DNA from: Clostridiales bacterium
GTDB lineage: Bacteria; Bacillota; Clostridia; Oscillospirales; CAG-272
Reading direction: 5' to 3'
DNA length: 64,000 nucleotides
Assembly: GCA_003150035.1 (NCBI GenBank)
Contig: QALR01000015.1
Span: 3,005 to 67,004 of the forward strand
A model generated the notes under the pieces. It was not told the origin of the DNA, searched no databases, and worked only from the letters and a program-made list of their open reading frames with translations. This document shows positions 17,351 through 26,111 of this stretch, piece after piece. Both the position numbers and the translations under genes were made by a program. Within the stretch, counting starts at the first letter, position 1. Each line of letters begins with the position of its first letter.

Positions 17351-17423
17351 ACAATTAAGAACAATTTAAGCAAATAATTTGCTGATATATTTCTATGTAT
17401 GATGCGATAAAAGGAGATTCTAA

Positions 17424-17882
17424 ATGTCACAACTTGAAAGATTGTATACGATGGATGAAGTTTCCAGAATGACCAATCTGCCCCTCCGAGTCATCCAAAA
17501 CCATCTCCGCACGGGAACGCTGCGCGGAAGAAGGCTCGGTGGACAATGGCGATTCACCTCAACCGATATTCAAGAAATGATGGACAACATCATACCAGAA
17601 TCAGAAACGGCAAAAGAACAGAAAAAAGCAGTTTCGGATTTTATGGACGGCACAAATGCCGAAAGGAAAGAGAAAAATCAGGTCTGCACGATTGCCGATC
17701 TTTATATCTCCCGCGAGGTCGCTGACAAAAAGGATAGTCAGCTACGCACGCTGCTGGATGTGACCGATAAAGACGTGGAAACCTACTATACCTATGATTA
17801 CGATGAAAAAGAAGAAAGAGCACGTTTTGTGTTTTTTGCTCCTCCGCAGCTTGTCAGCAAAATGATGCGTATTATCAAATAA
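17424..17882 (+). CDS. Helix-turn-helix (excisionase/MerR-like HTH_17) domain protein, function unknown
   Basis: LYTMDEVSRMTNLPLRVIQNHLRTGTLRGRRLGGQWRFTSTDIQEMM is a typical excisionase-family HTH. The C-terminal 90 aa are unassigned. Confidence 0.6.
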   Translation: MSQLERLYTMDEVSRMTNLPLRVIQNHLRTGTLRGRRLGGQWRFTSTDIQEMMDNIIPESETAKEQKKAVSDFMDGTNAERKEKNQVCTIADLYISREVADKKDSQLRTLLDVTDKDVETYYTYDYDEKEERARFVFFAPPQLVSKMMRIIK

Positions 17883-17890
17883 TTTTTTAG

Positions 17891-17918
17891 AAAAAGCGGC
17901 TGTTGCCGCTTTTTCTAT
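17891..17918 (+). terminator. Intrinsic terminator
   Basis: AAAAAGCGGC-TGTT-GCCGCTTTTT, then CTATT. Confidence 0.8.
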
Positions 17919-18137
17919 TGTAAAAACGGGGATTGGATTCATAAGTGCTTCTATTTTCACTCTTGTGATGTGCCATCAAGGGCCAACAATTTGGAAATAG
18001 TATAGCATACCCGATAGAAAAAGGCAACCATTTTTCATTTTCTCCCTCATTTCGGAAAATCCCTTTATAATTTTTTTGCTTTTCATTGACCGAACCCCAT
18101 CTTTATGCTATACTAAAATTATAAAATAGAGAGGAGA

Positions 18138-18812
18138 ATGCCCGTGAAAGCCGAGAAAAAACCCATACATTTCTTTGACGGTTTTATTGAAGGCGTCAGT
18201 GAATTCTGGAAATCGCGCAACATCCCTTTTTTGTTTGAAAAGCAAAATGGAAGCGTTGTCATCACCGGGTATAAAGACAGCCTGCTTCCAAAAACGGAAA
18301 TACCTTCGGCAATTCGCGGGCTGCCCGTCAAAAAAATTGGCTCACGTGCTTTTCTGCAATGCGATTTTATAGAGGAAGCCATTCTTTCCGACGGGATAGA
18401 AGAAATCGCGGCCAATGCGTTCTCCTCCTGCGACAGGCTGACGAAAATCCATATGGCGGATTCTGTGCGTTCCATCGGCCGCAATGCCTTTTTTGAATGT
18501 GAAAATCTATTTGATGTGGGGCTTTCCGCGCTTCTTCAGACGCTTGGAGACAGAGCCTTTTTCGGCTGCGTCGGCCTGCGCGATATCACGCTGCCTGATT
18601 CACTGAAAAGCATTGGAGAGCAGGCTTTTTACGGCTGTCGGAAACTGCGAAGCATCCGTATGCCGCTTTCCCTGCGGTCGCTTCCGAGAAATACTTTCGA
18701 CGGATGTATTCTGCTGGACGATATCTATTTGGAAAAAGGCTCTTACGCCGATGCTGTGCTTTCCCAAAGCGATCATCTCAGCAAAAAACTCAGATATATA
18801 CCAAGGATATAA
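18138..18812 (+). CDS. Leucine-rich repeat (BspA-type LRR_5) protein, no signal peptide
   Basis: Repeating units of the form xxIxxxAFxxCxxLxxIxLPxSLxxIG (IEEIAANAFSSCDRLTKIHMADSVRSIGRNAFFECENL...). Confidence 0.75.
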   Translation: MPVKAEKKPIHFFDGFIEGVSEFWKSRNIPFLFEKQNGSVVITGYKDSLLPKTEIPSAIRGLPVKKIGSRAFLQCDFIEEAILSDGIEEIAANAFSSCDRLTKIHMADSVRSIGRNAFFECENLFDVGLSALLQTLGDRAFFGCVGLRDITLPDSLKSIGEQAFYGCRKLRSIRMPLSLRSLPRNTFDGCILLDDIYLEKGSYADAVLSQSDHLSKKLRYIPRI

Positions 18813-18814
18813 GC

Positions 18815-19756
18815 ATGAAGCCAATTGATCTTGCAACCGGCAAAGAAGCCGTGCTCCTGCCGGAGGAAACCCTCTCCTGCGCCATCGGAAACTTTGACGG
18901 CGTCCACCTCGGACATAAGGCATTGATTCTGCGTGCAGCGTCGCGTCCAGGCGGTGCGACAAAAAGCGCCGTTTGGACCTTTTCCGAGCCTTCTTCCCGT
19001 CTGTTAGATGGAAAAATCGGCCTTCTCACCACCATGGAGGAACGGCTCTCCCTGTTCCGTGCACTCGGTATCGATCTTGTTTTTTTAGAAGACTTTGACA
19101 GCGTACGCAACGTAGAAGCACATTCCTTTGCGGAGAACATCCTGTATCGTCAATGCCAAGTCCGCACAGCCGTATGCGGCTTCAATTTTTATTATGGGAA
19201 AAATGCCGCCGGCACTGCCGAAACTTTATCGGAATCTTTTCGCCTGCTGGGGGGACACGCCGAGATCATTCCTCCGTGTAAAATAGACGGCGTTATCGTC
19301 AGTTCTTCAGAGATTCGTGCGGCGTTGGCCGCAGGCGATGTCGGACGGGCAACCGCTATGCTGGACAGGCCGTATTCTCTTACAGCTGTCGTCCGTGAGG
19401 GAAAGCAACTCGGGCATCGGCTCGGCTTTCCAACCATCAATCAGCTTTTCCCTGTTGAACGGGCACTTCCGCGCTTCGGTGTTTATGCCACTCGTGTCGC
19501 GGTAGATGGAAAGCGATATTACGGTGTATCCAATGTCGGTGTGCGCCCTACGGTAGAGCATACCACACAGGCAAACTGCGAAACGTATATTCTGGACTTT
19601 GACGGAAATCTTTACGGCAAAACCGTCAAGGTGGAGTTCTGCCATTTCCTGCGTCCTGAGGAAAAATTCGAAAGCCCGACGGCTTTGCGTGATGCCATTT
19701 TCCAAAACATCACGCAGACACGGGCATTTTTCCATCTTACGGAGAGTCGCCTATGA
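18815..19756 (+). CDS. ribF: Bifunctional riboflavin kinase / FMN adenylyltransferase
   Basis: AIGNFDGVHLGHKAL, the GFNFYYG region, and the riboflavin kinase part (GFPTIN...GVYATRV...GVSNVGVRPT...E.YILDFDGNLYG). The ATG at 18815 lies 2 nt after the previous stop. Confidence 0.9.
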   Translation: MKPIDLATGKEAVLLPEETLSCAIGNFDGVHLGHKALILRAASRPGGATKSAVWTFSEPSSRLLDGKIGLLTTMEERLSLFRALGIDLVFLEDFDSVRNVEAHSFAENILYRQCQVRTAVCGFNFYYGKNAAGTAETLSESFRLLGGHAEIIPPCKIDGVIVSSSEIRAALAAGDVGRATAMLDRPYSLTAVVREGKQLGHRLGFPTINQLFPVERALPRFGVYATRVAVDGKRYYGVSNVGVRPTVEHTTQANCETYILDFDGNLYGKTVKVEFCHFLRPEEKFESPTALRDAIFQNITQTRAFFHLTESRL

Positions 19757-21090
19757 AAAGAAAATATAGCGCACATCGTCCTCTCCGCTCCTCGGGTATT
19801 TTGCTTTTTGTCCTGCTCTTTCTCGCCGTCTCTTTCCCCGCTCATGCCGAAAGCTATGAGACGGACGAGCTCGAAAGCCCGCATATCGCCGTCTACAATG
19901 TGCAAAACGGCGTCTATGTTTTGACAAAAGCTGCCGACGTGCGTATCGCACCCGGTGCAACCGTAAAAATCATGACGGGCATTCTTGCCCTGGAATATTT
20001 TGACGGCAGGCTAGACACGCCTGTGACCGTAACCGCTAGCGCCCTTCGGGGGCTGGAAGGCAGCTCTGTGCTCGGGCTGAAGGAGGGAGAGACCATTCCC
20101 GCCCGCGACCTTCTTTATGCACTGCTTGTCGCCGGCGCCAATGATGCGGCAAACGCGCTTGCAATCGCCGTTTCCGGGAGCATTTCGGAATTCGTCTCCA
20201 AAATGAACGCCAAAGCAAAAGAGCTTGGCGCGTCGGATACCCTTTATCTCAATGCGACAGGGCTCGACAACGGCACCTCTTACACCACTGCGGCAGATAC
20301 AGCAAAAATCGCCGCTTATGCCTATGAAAATCCGATGTTTATGCAGCTGTGCTCTGCCAGAGCTTATACGGTATCCGCCACCAACCGAAATGAGGAAATA
20401 ACGGTTTACACCAAAAACATGCTTCTCTCCACGCAGTCGGAATATTACTTTCGGGACGCCAGGGGCATGTCCTCCGGTTATACAGACCTTTCCGGATACT
20501 GCATCGTTTCGGCAATGGATACAGGTGCCTATCCTTATATATGTGTCACAATGGGTTCTGAAAAAAACGCCGCAGGAAAAATCGGCGGTTATATCGACAC
20601 AAAAGGACTGCTTACATGGGCAAGCAGCAATTTTGAAGAGAAAAAAATTCTGGATACATCCAAAATTTTAGGGGAACTTCCGGTACGGGCGGGACGCGGC
20701 GCCGATTATGTACTTATCGTGCCAGAAGATTCCGTTTATGCTTTCTTGGATGTGGATACGGATCTTTCCTCTCTTCAGCTTTCCCTGACTTTTGACGAAG
20801 AATCACTCGGGGCGCCCGTCGAAAAAGGCACCAAGGTCGGGACGGTGTTTATCCTGCTCGACGGAAATCCGATCGGAAGCGCCGCATTGGTTACAAAATC
20901 CTATGTGCCGAGAAGCGCGTGGCTTGGCTTCTTTGCTGATATCGGCGAAATTTTGACAAGCAAAATTTTCCTTTGTTTATGCGCAGCGCTCCTGCTCGCC
21001 GCCGCTCTGTTTACATTCGGCAGATATTTCATGATTTACAAAAAAGCGAATATAAAAAACAGTCATAAAAATAAGCGTGATATAAAATAA
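19753..21090 (+). CDS. Peptidase S11 (PBP5/DacB/DacF-like DD-carboxypeptidase) homologue with degenerate catalytic motifs; signal peptide and C-terminal membrane anchor
   Basis: The family fold is recognisable (APGATVKIMTG, LLVAGANDAANALA, GMSSGYTDLSGYCIV). The SxxK Ser, the SxN Ser and the KTG Lys are all replaced. The ATG overlaps the ribF stop (ATGA). Confidence 0.75.
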   Translation: MKRKYSAHRPLRSSGILLFVLLFLAVSFPAHAESYETDELESPHIAVYNVQNGVYVLTKAADVRIAPGATVKIMTGILALEYFDGRLDTPVTVTASALRGLEGSSVLGLKEGETIPARDLLYALLVAGANDAANALAIAVSGSISEFVSKMNAKAKELGASDTLYLNATGLDNGTSYTTAADTAKIAAYAYENPMFMQLCSARAYTVSATNRNEEITVYTKNMLLSTQSEYYFRDARGMSSGYTDLSGYCIVSAMDTGAYPYICVTMGSEKNAAGKIGGYIDTKGLLTWASSNFEEKKILDTSKILGELPVRAGRGADYVLIVPEDSVYAFLDVDTDLSSLQLSLTFDEESLGAPVEKGTKVGTVFILLDGNPIGSAALVTKSYVPRSAWLGFFADIGEILTSKIFLCLCAALLLAAALFTFGRYFMIYKKANIKNSHKNKRDIK

Positions 21091-21115
21091 TAATCACAGA
21101 ACCGGAAAGGATGGA

Positions 21116-21376
21116 ATGAAGATGGAAATTTCAAGCAAAAGTATGCCGGAATTCGACGCCAAAAAAATGGAAAAGAAGGCAAAAAAACTGTGGAAGGATC
21201 TGAACGAAGACAAGATCGAGATAAAGTTCATCACAACGCCGATGGGGCTGATTGTGATGGCTGCCGGAATCATGGCGCTTGTCTGTATTGCCAAATGCGT
21301 CGGAAAAATGGAAAAGAAGGCCTCTCTTAAAAAGCAGGCGAAAAAGCTTGCCCGTGAGATGGCAGAAAAGGAATGA
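21116..21376 (+). CDS. Small lysine-rich single-pass membrane protein, function unknown
   Basis: 86 aa with a central TM helix (MGLIVMAAGIMALVCIA) flanked by K/E-rich segments. RBS AAAGGATGG. Confidence 0.45.
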   Translation: MKMEISSKSMPEFDAKKMEKKAKKLWKDLNEDKIEIKFITTPMGLIVMAAGIMALVCIAKCVGKMEKKASLKKQAKKLAREMAEKE

Positions 21377-21447
21377 ACGAAAGCTTTTCAACGGCAAAAC
21401 AAAAACGGTCTGTCCGGAAATACCCCGGGCAGGCCGTTTCTCTTTTA

Positions 21448-21645
21448 TCAGCCCATCATGATTTCGGAAATCGCATCCAAAATCTTGTCATGGCAACCAC
21501 CGCATCCCGTGGAGCAATGGGTAATTTTCTGCACCTCGTCAAAGGCCTTCAGCACGTCATCAAAATGATCAATCTGATGAAGCGCTTTCTCAACGTCACC
21601 ATAAGAAACCTGCTTGCAGTGACAAATCATTTCATTTTCTTTCAC
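21448..21645 (-). CDS. BFD-like [2Fe-2S]-binding domain mini-protein
   Basis: ICHCKQVSYGDVEKAL...HCSTGCGGCHDKI carries the CxC...CxxC pattern of the BFD-like domain. GTG at 21645 (after AGGGAGGCGG) or ATG at 21630; the rest of the 112-aa track ORF is rejected. Confidence 0.65.
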   Translation of the reverse strand: MKENEMICHCKQVSYGDVEKALHQIDHFDDVLKAFDEVQKITHCSTGCGGCHDKILDAISEIMMG

Positions 21646-21763
21646 CAAAATCCGCCTCCCTATGTAAACTGATATTTCTATTTTAACACCGAAGTCATTG
21701 GAATGCAAGAGCTTCGGAAAAGATTTATCAGAACCTGTCAACCGCAAGCAAATAGGCGCCCTG

Positions 21764-22201
21764 TCAAGAGGTAGCAGATCCTGCAAAGAAATTTAGAACA
21801 TAGCCGTCGGTAATAATGATAAGAGTAGGCTCGCGGCTTCCGTCGGCGTAGGTGGTGTGCGCCGCCACCGCCGTTCCGTCCGAGTTTTCTATGGTAACCA
21901 TATAGATAACAGAGTCAGGAGTCGTCGTTTCGAGACGATATGTACCAGTGTAGGTTTTGTCCGCTGTCTTGTCGGTCAGGGTCAAAATCCCATTTTTCGC
22001 TCGACAGATAAGTTCCTTTTGAACATCCGTCTCAAGCACGCCCGTGGCAGTCGAGCCATGCGCCACAATTTCTCCCCCCTCGTCGATGCTTTGAATGCTT
22101 ATCATCTCCCATATATAATCGTCAATTTGATGAGTCTCTCTGCTATTACAACCCGCAAAAAGAAACAAAGTCATAAAAATGAACAAAATCATCCTTTTCA
22201 T
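21764..22201 (-). CDS. Lipoprotein, function unknown
   Basis: MKRMILFIFMTLFLFAGC signal peptide plus lipobox. Confidence 0.55.
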   Translation of the reverse strand: MKRMILFIFMTLFLFAGCNSRETHQIDDYIWEMISIQSIDEGGEIVAHGSTATGVLETDVQKELICRAKNGILTLTDKTADKTYTGTYRLETTTPDSVIYMVTIENSDGTAVAAHTTYADGSREPTLIIITDGYVLNFFAGSATS

Positions 22202-22594
22202 ATTGTATTTCTCCCTATCTACCAAATCAAAATTCGAATCCGAGGAAATCTTCTTCGATGCCACACATTTTTAATACTTCACTTGGCCGTATCTCAGCAG
22301 TCATGATATTTCAAACCTTTCATAAACATATTTCACATAATGATTTATTACAGCTTGTAAAAACATTTGAATGACTTCAATCACCAATATCAAAGGTCTA
22401 AAAGTCGCCATTATGGCAATTAAAACGGAGATGCTCAAAACATATCCCGAAAATTTTAATTAAATGCCTCGTCTTGAGTCATCTTTTTGATCCCCTCTCC
22501 ACCATCAGCAATATACTTCGGAAGGACGACAATTCGACCGCTCCAATCATCATTCATATCGCAATCATTTATATTACGCATTGGCAAGTGGCGA

Positions 22595-24466
22595 TTACTC
22601 CCACTCGACGGTTGCCGGCGGCTTGCCGGTCACATCATAATATACAGAGGAAATATGGTCGCCAAATTTTGCAAGGATCTCCCTCGCCGCCCCTGTTAGG
22701 GCAGATATTTCAAAATCCTCTCCCGGAATCGCCGGACGCGCCGTCATAAAGTCGGTAGTACATACGGCGCGCACAGCAATCGAATACTTGCCTTCCTCGC
22801 CGTCGGCAAATGGAAGCAGTACTGCAAAGCACTGACTGATTTTGGGATTCATTACGCGCTCCGTCACGATGGCATCCGCCTCGCGTAAAAGAGCGGTCGA
22901 GTCATAGCCGATATGGAGCGGCTTGAACCGAAAATCTCCGAGGGAAGCGACATTTCCCGCGACACGATAGGCGACACGATTGACAAAATCACATTCATTC
23001 GGGATTTTTTTTGCCAAATCGAGGACATCTTCCCAATCCGCCGCACCGGCGTCTCCTTTTCCCGAAAGCACGACAAGATGCCGATAGCTGCGATGATCCC
23101 CCTGTACGCCGACGCTGTGCATCGGCGCAACGGCGGCGTCATAGCCGGTACCGGTCGTAACCGTCTGCAAGCGGTCAAGCGCAGCCTGCTCCGGCAGCGC
23201 CGCCGGCGTATCCGCACAAATAATGCGCACACAAAGCCCGGGACCGGGAAACGGCTGTCTTGCCGCGATCGACTCATCCAATCCTAGCATTCTGGCGACC
23301 TTGCGGACTTCATCCTTATGCCAATCCCAATTGGTCTCGATAATCATGCCCCGCTCTCTTGCCTGACGGACAATATCCACATCGTTGTGATGGGTTTTTA
23401 TTTTATTCGCGTAGCCGCTGACATCCGGATTGCCGCTTTCGATAAGGTCCGGACGAAGCGTGCCCTGCGCGAGGAATGTATTTTCAAAATCAATGCCGAG
23501 AGCCTCGACCGCCTCTTTTGTCACCTTGATGAACATAGAACCGACGATTTTCCTCTTCATTTCCGGGTCGCAGGTTTCGGCAAGCGGTCCGATAAGCGTA
23601 CCCGTACCGTCGTCCACCTGTCCAAAGAAAAATTCCTCTGCGGCATTGACGCGCTTCATATTGACAAGTCCCAAAGAGGAAAGGTTGGCACAGATGATAT
23701 CGCTTTCATTCTTGCGCATCATCCCATGGTCGATATGGATGGCATACACATCCTCTGGCGGAAGCGCCTTTGTAAGCAGCGCCGCCGTCACAGCAGAATC
23801 CACACCGCCGGAAACGAGCACCACCACTTTTCTGCCCGCGGCACGCCGGCGAATCATGTCCACCGAAGTCGCAATCCGGTCCTCCAGCGCATATACCTCG
23901 CGAAGCCCACAAATCCCACGCAGGAAGTTGACAAGCATCTGCACGCCGTTTACCGTAAGATCCACCTCCGGATGGAACTGTACACCGGCAATTTTTCTCT
24001 TTTCATCATAAATAGCCGCGACTACGTCTCCTGTTCTGCCCACACAGGCAAAGCCTGGAGCCAGAACCTTCACCGCATCGCCGTGACTCATCAGCACCGG
24101 CTGCTCCCGGTCAAGCCCCGCAAACAGCGGACAAGACGGATCCACCTCAATGGTAACTTGCCCATATTCCGTTTTGACCCCCGGCATCACATTTCCACCG
24201 AAATGTTCACAGATAAGCTGCATGCCATAGCAGATGCCGAGTATCGGGCATCCGAGTTCAAAAATTCCCTCGTCATATTTTAGTGCCGCCTCGCTCCATA
24301 CGCTAGAGGGTCCCCCACTCAAAATCAGTGCGGAATACCCCGCAAGCTTTTCCTTCTCTATTCCAATCGGAAAAATATCCGAATAAACACCGGCTTCTCT
24401 GACCCGCCTGTCAATCACTTTCGTATATTGTCCGCCGCAGTCCAAAATCGCGATTTTCTCTTTCAT
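22595..24466 (-). CDS. guaA: GMP synthase (glutamine-hydrolysing), long eukaryote-like form
   Basis: GATase domain (GICYGMQ, QFHPEV), ATP-PPase P-loop SGGVDS, LAQGTLRPDLIES, IKTHHND, VGVQGDHRSY, C-terminal KPPATVEWE. 623 aa. Confidence 0.9.
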   Translation of the reverse strand: MKEKIAILDCGGQYTKVIDRRVREAGVYSDIFPIGIEKEKLAGYSALILSGGPSSVWSEAALKYDEGIFELGCPILGICYGMQLICEHFGGNVMPGVKTEYGQVTIEVDPSCPLFAGLDREQPVLMSHGDAVKVLAPGFACVGRTGDVVAAIYDEKRKIAGVQFHPEVDLTVNGVQMLVNFLRGICGLREVYALEDRIATSVDMIRRRAAGRKVVVLVSGGVDSAVTAALLTKALPPEDVYAIHIDHGMMRKNESDIICANLSSLGLVNMKRVNAAEEFFFGQVDDGTGTLIGPLAETCDPEMKRKIVGSMFIKVTKEAVEALGIDFENTFLAQGTLRPDLIESGNPDVSGYANKIKTHHNDVDIVRQARERGMIIETNWDWHKDEVRKVARMLGLDESIAARQPFPGPGLCVRIICADTPAALPEQAALDRLQTVTTGTGYDAAVAPMHSVGVQGDHRSYRHLVVLSGKGDAGAADWEDVLDLAKKIPNECDFVNRVAYRVAGNVASLGDFRFKPLHIGYDSTALLREADAIVTERVMNPKISQCFAVLLPFADGEEGKYSIAVRAVCTTDFMTARPAIPGEDFEISALTGAAREILAKFGDHISSVYYDVTGKPPATVEWE

Positions 24467-24503
24467 ATATCCTTACCCTTCCGAAAACTGATAGATATTT
24501 TTT

Positions 24504-24532
24504 ATTATATACAAACGATAAGAAAAAAGCAA
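24504..24532 (-). promoter_or_regulatory. Candidate guaA promoter
   Basis: Minus strand: TTGCTT, 17 nt, TATAAT, about 40 nt upstream of the ATG. No riboswitch-sized leader. Confidence 0.35.
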
Positions 24533-24585
24533 GATTTTCAACATAAAAAGGCGGAAAGTCCCGAATTTTTGCCATAAAAGGAGAA

Positions 24586-24616
24586 GGGACGGTATCCGCC
24601 CGCGGCATACCGTCCC
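24586..24616. terminator. Intrinsic terminator after the ABC-2 operon
   Basis: GGGACGGTAT-11 nt-ATACCGTCCC hairpin. The minus-strand reading is followed by TTCTCCTTTT. Confidence 0.7.
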
Positions 24617-24644
24617 GTTTTATGAAACAGGATGAAAGGATCGA

Positions 24645-26111
24645 TTACATTTCCCTTCTTGTAAAAGCGTCCCAGGCTGTCCATCCGAAGACGACAAGAT
24701 GAGACGCAATCACCGCCACCGCAAAGCCGAAGGACTGCCCGGCATAAAATTCCGTTCCCGCGTACAGCGCCGGCAAGTCGAGGTTGGCAAAAAGCAGATA
24801 TCTGCCGAAATCGACACCGAGGCTGCGCAAAATCGATTCGAGCAGCGTACCGGAAAAGAAAGCAAGAAGCGATACGCTGATGGCAAGCGCATTTCCCTTG
24901 ACAAGTGTGGAAATGGCAAGCGCAAGCAGCACCATGGCGAGAATCTCCACTGACGACAGCAGATAATCTCCGGCAATAGAAAGCAGCGGAGAGCCCCTCA
25001 TGACCACGCCATCCTGCACGGAAAGAAGCGGCAGCGAAAGATCTGCCGTACCGAAGAACAGAAGGCAGCAAAGCATCGACAAAAGATACAGCGCCGCCAT
25101 CATGACAATGCCAAACAGCAGAACGGTGACAAATTTAGCGACCAAAATCTTCCATCTTTTGGCAGGGCTCATTAAGAGAAATTTGTAGGTCCCCTGTGAA
25201 AATTCGGAAGCGACAATGCTGCCCGCAATCACGATGCACATAACACCCACCAATTTGATAAGCATTTTGCAGGCGGCAAAAACCGACCAGAAGCTAAAGT
25301 CCGAAAGCTCAAACAAACTGCTAGTTTCCACCTCTGCAGAGATATCCCGGGTCACTTCGTTCTCAAGGCGGTAAACACCGAGTGTCACTTCATCCTCAAG
25401 GGCTTTGCGGCGCTCCTCCGATACCGAACCGCCCTGCGCCTGTTCGACGTTAAGCTCCTCAAGCGCCATCTTAGAATTTCGCACAGACAGCAGAAGTGTA
25501 TACATTTCACCCGACTCCGGCGCGATTTCCCGCTCCAGTCCATAGCGATAGAACCAAAGTTGCGCTTCCTTGTCCACGCCTGTATAACCAGACTGAAGCT
25601 CCGCGATTTTGTCCTGATAGTACGTTTTCCAACCATCCTCTGTCATATAGCGCTCAATCTGCGCCATTCTTGCCACATATTCATCTGCAAGAGCGCCCGC
25701 CGTTCCGTTCTCCAAGGCGAACCTCATCCCGCAGTATTCCTCATACAATCCGCTTGTATAAAGCCAGTCATCATGGCGGATTTCATGCTCTGCAAGATAG
25801 CTCCAGTATTCATACAATTCTTTCAGCTCAAGGTCAGAGGAAAGAATATTTCCGCTCTCGTCATACACAATCGAGTTGTTGTAAAGCGCCTCATAGTAGT
25901 CGACATTGCCGCCGACCGTCCCGACCTGAAACGCATCCTGCAGCCAGTCAAAGTCGTCCTGAGCATTATTGTCGGCAACAATCTTGCAAAGTCCGGTAAG
26001 CCCGATAATCGCGGCAAGGAAAAGAACCGTCATGATAAGCGTTCCCTTTCTTTTTATCAGCTTGATGCTCTCATTTTTGACAAGACTCGCAAATTTATGC
26101 AATCTGAACAC
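24645..26111 (-). CDS. ABC-2-type transporter permease with a large extracytoplasmic domain
   Basis: N-terminal TM helix, about 230 aa of hydrophilic loop, then five C-terminal TM helices. Overlaps the upstream ATPase gene by 17 nt. Confidence 0.7.
   Translation of the reverse strand: MFRLHKFASLVKNESIKLIKRKGTLIMTVLFLAAIIGLTGLCKIVADNNAQDDFDWLQDAFQVGTVGGNVDYYEALYNNSIVYDESGNILSSDLELKELYEYWSYLAEHEIRHDDWLYTSGLYEEYCGMRFALENGTAGALADEYVARMAQIERYMTEDGWKTYYQDKIAELQSGYTGVDKEAQLWFYRYGLEREIAPESGEMYTLLLSVRNSKMALEELNVEQAQGGSVSEERRKALEDEVTLGVYRLENEVTRDISAEVETSSLFELSDFSFWSVFAACKMLIKLVGVMCIVIAGSIVASEFSQGTYKFLLMSPAKRWKILVAKFVTVLLFGIVMMAALYLLSMLCCLLFFGTADLSLPLLSVQDGVVMRGSPLLSIAGDYLLSSVEILAMVLLALAISTLVKGNALAISVSLLAFFSGTLLESILRSLGVDFGRYLLFANLDLPALYAGTEFYAGQSFGFAVAVIASHLVVFGWTAWDAFTRREM

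Noticed and set aside
24467-24644. Looked for a purine/guanine riboswitch upstream of guaA.
   Set aside because: The space holds the terminator of the upstream operon and a promoter-like element. The remaining leader is only about 40 nt and has no three-way-junction features.
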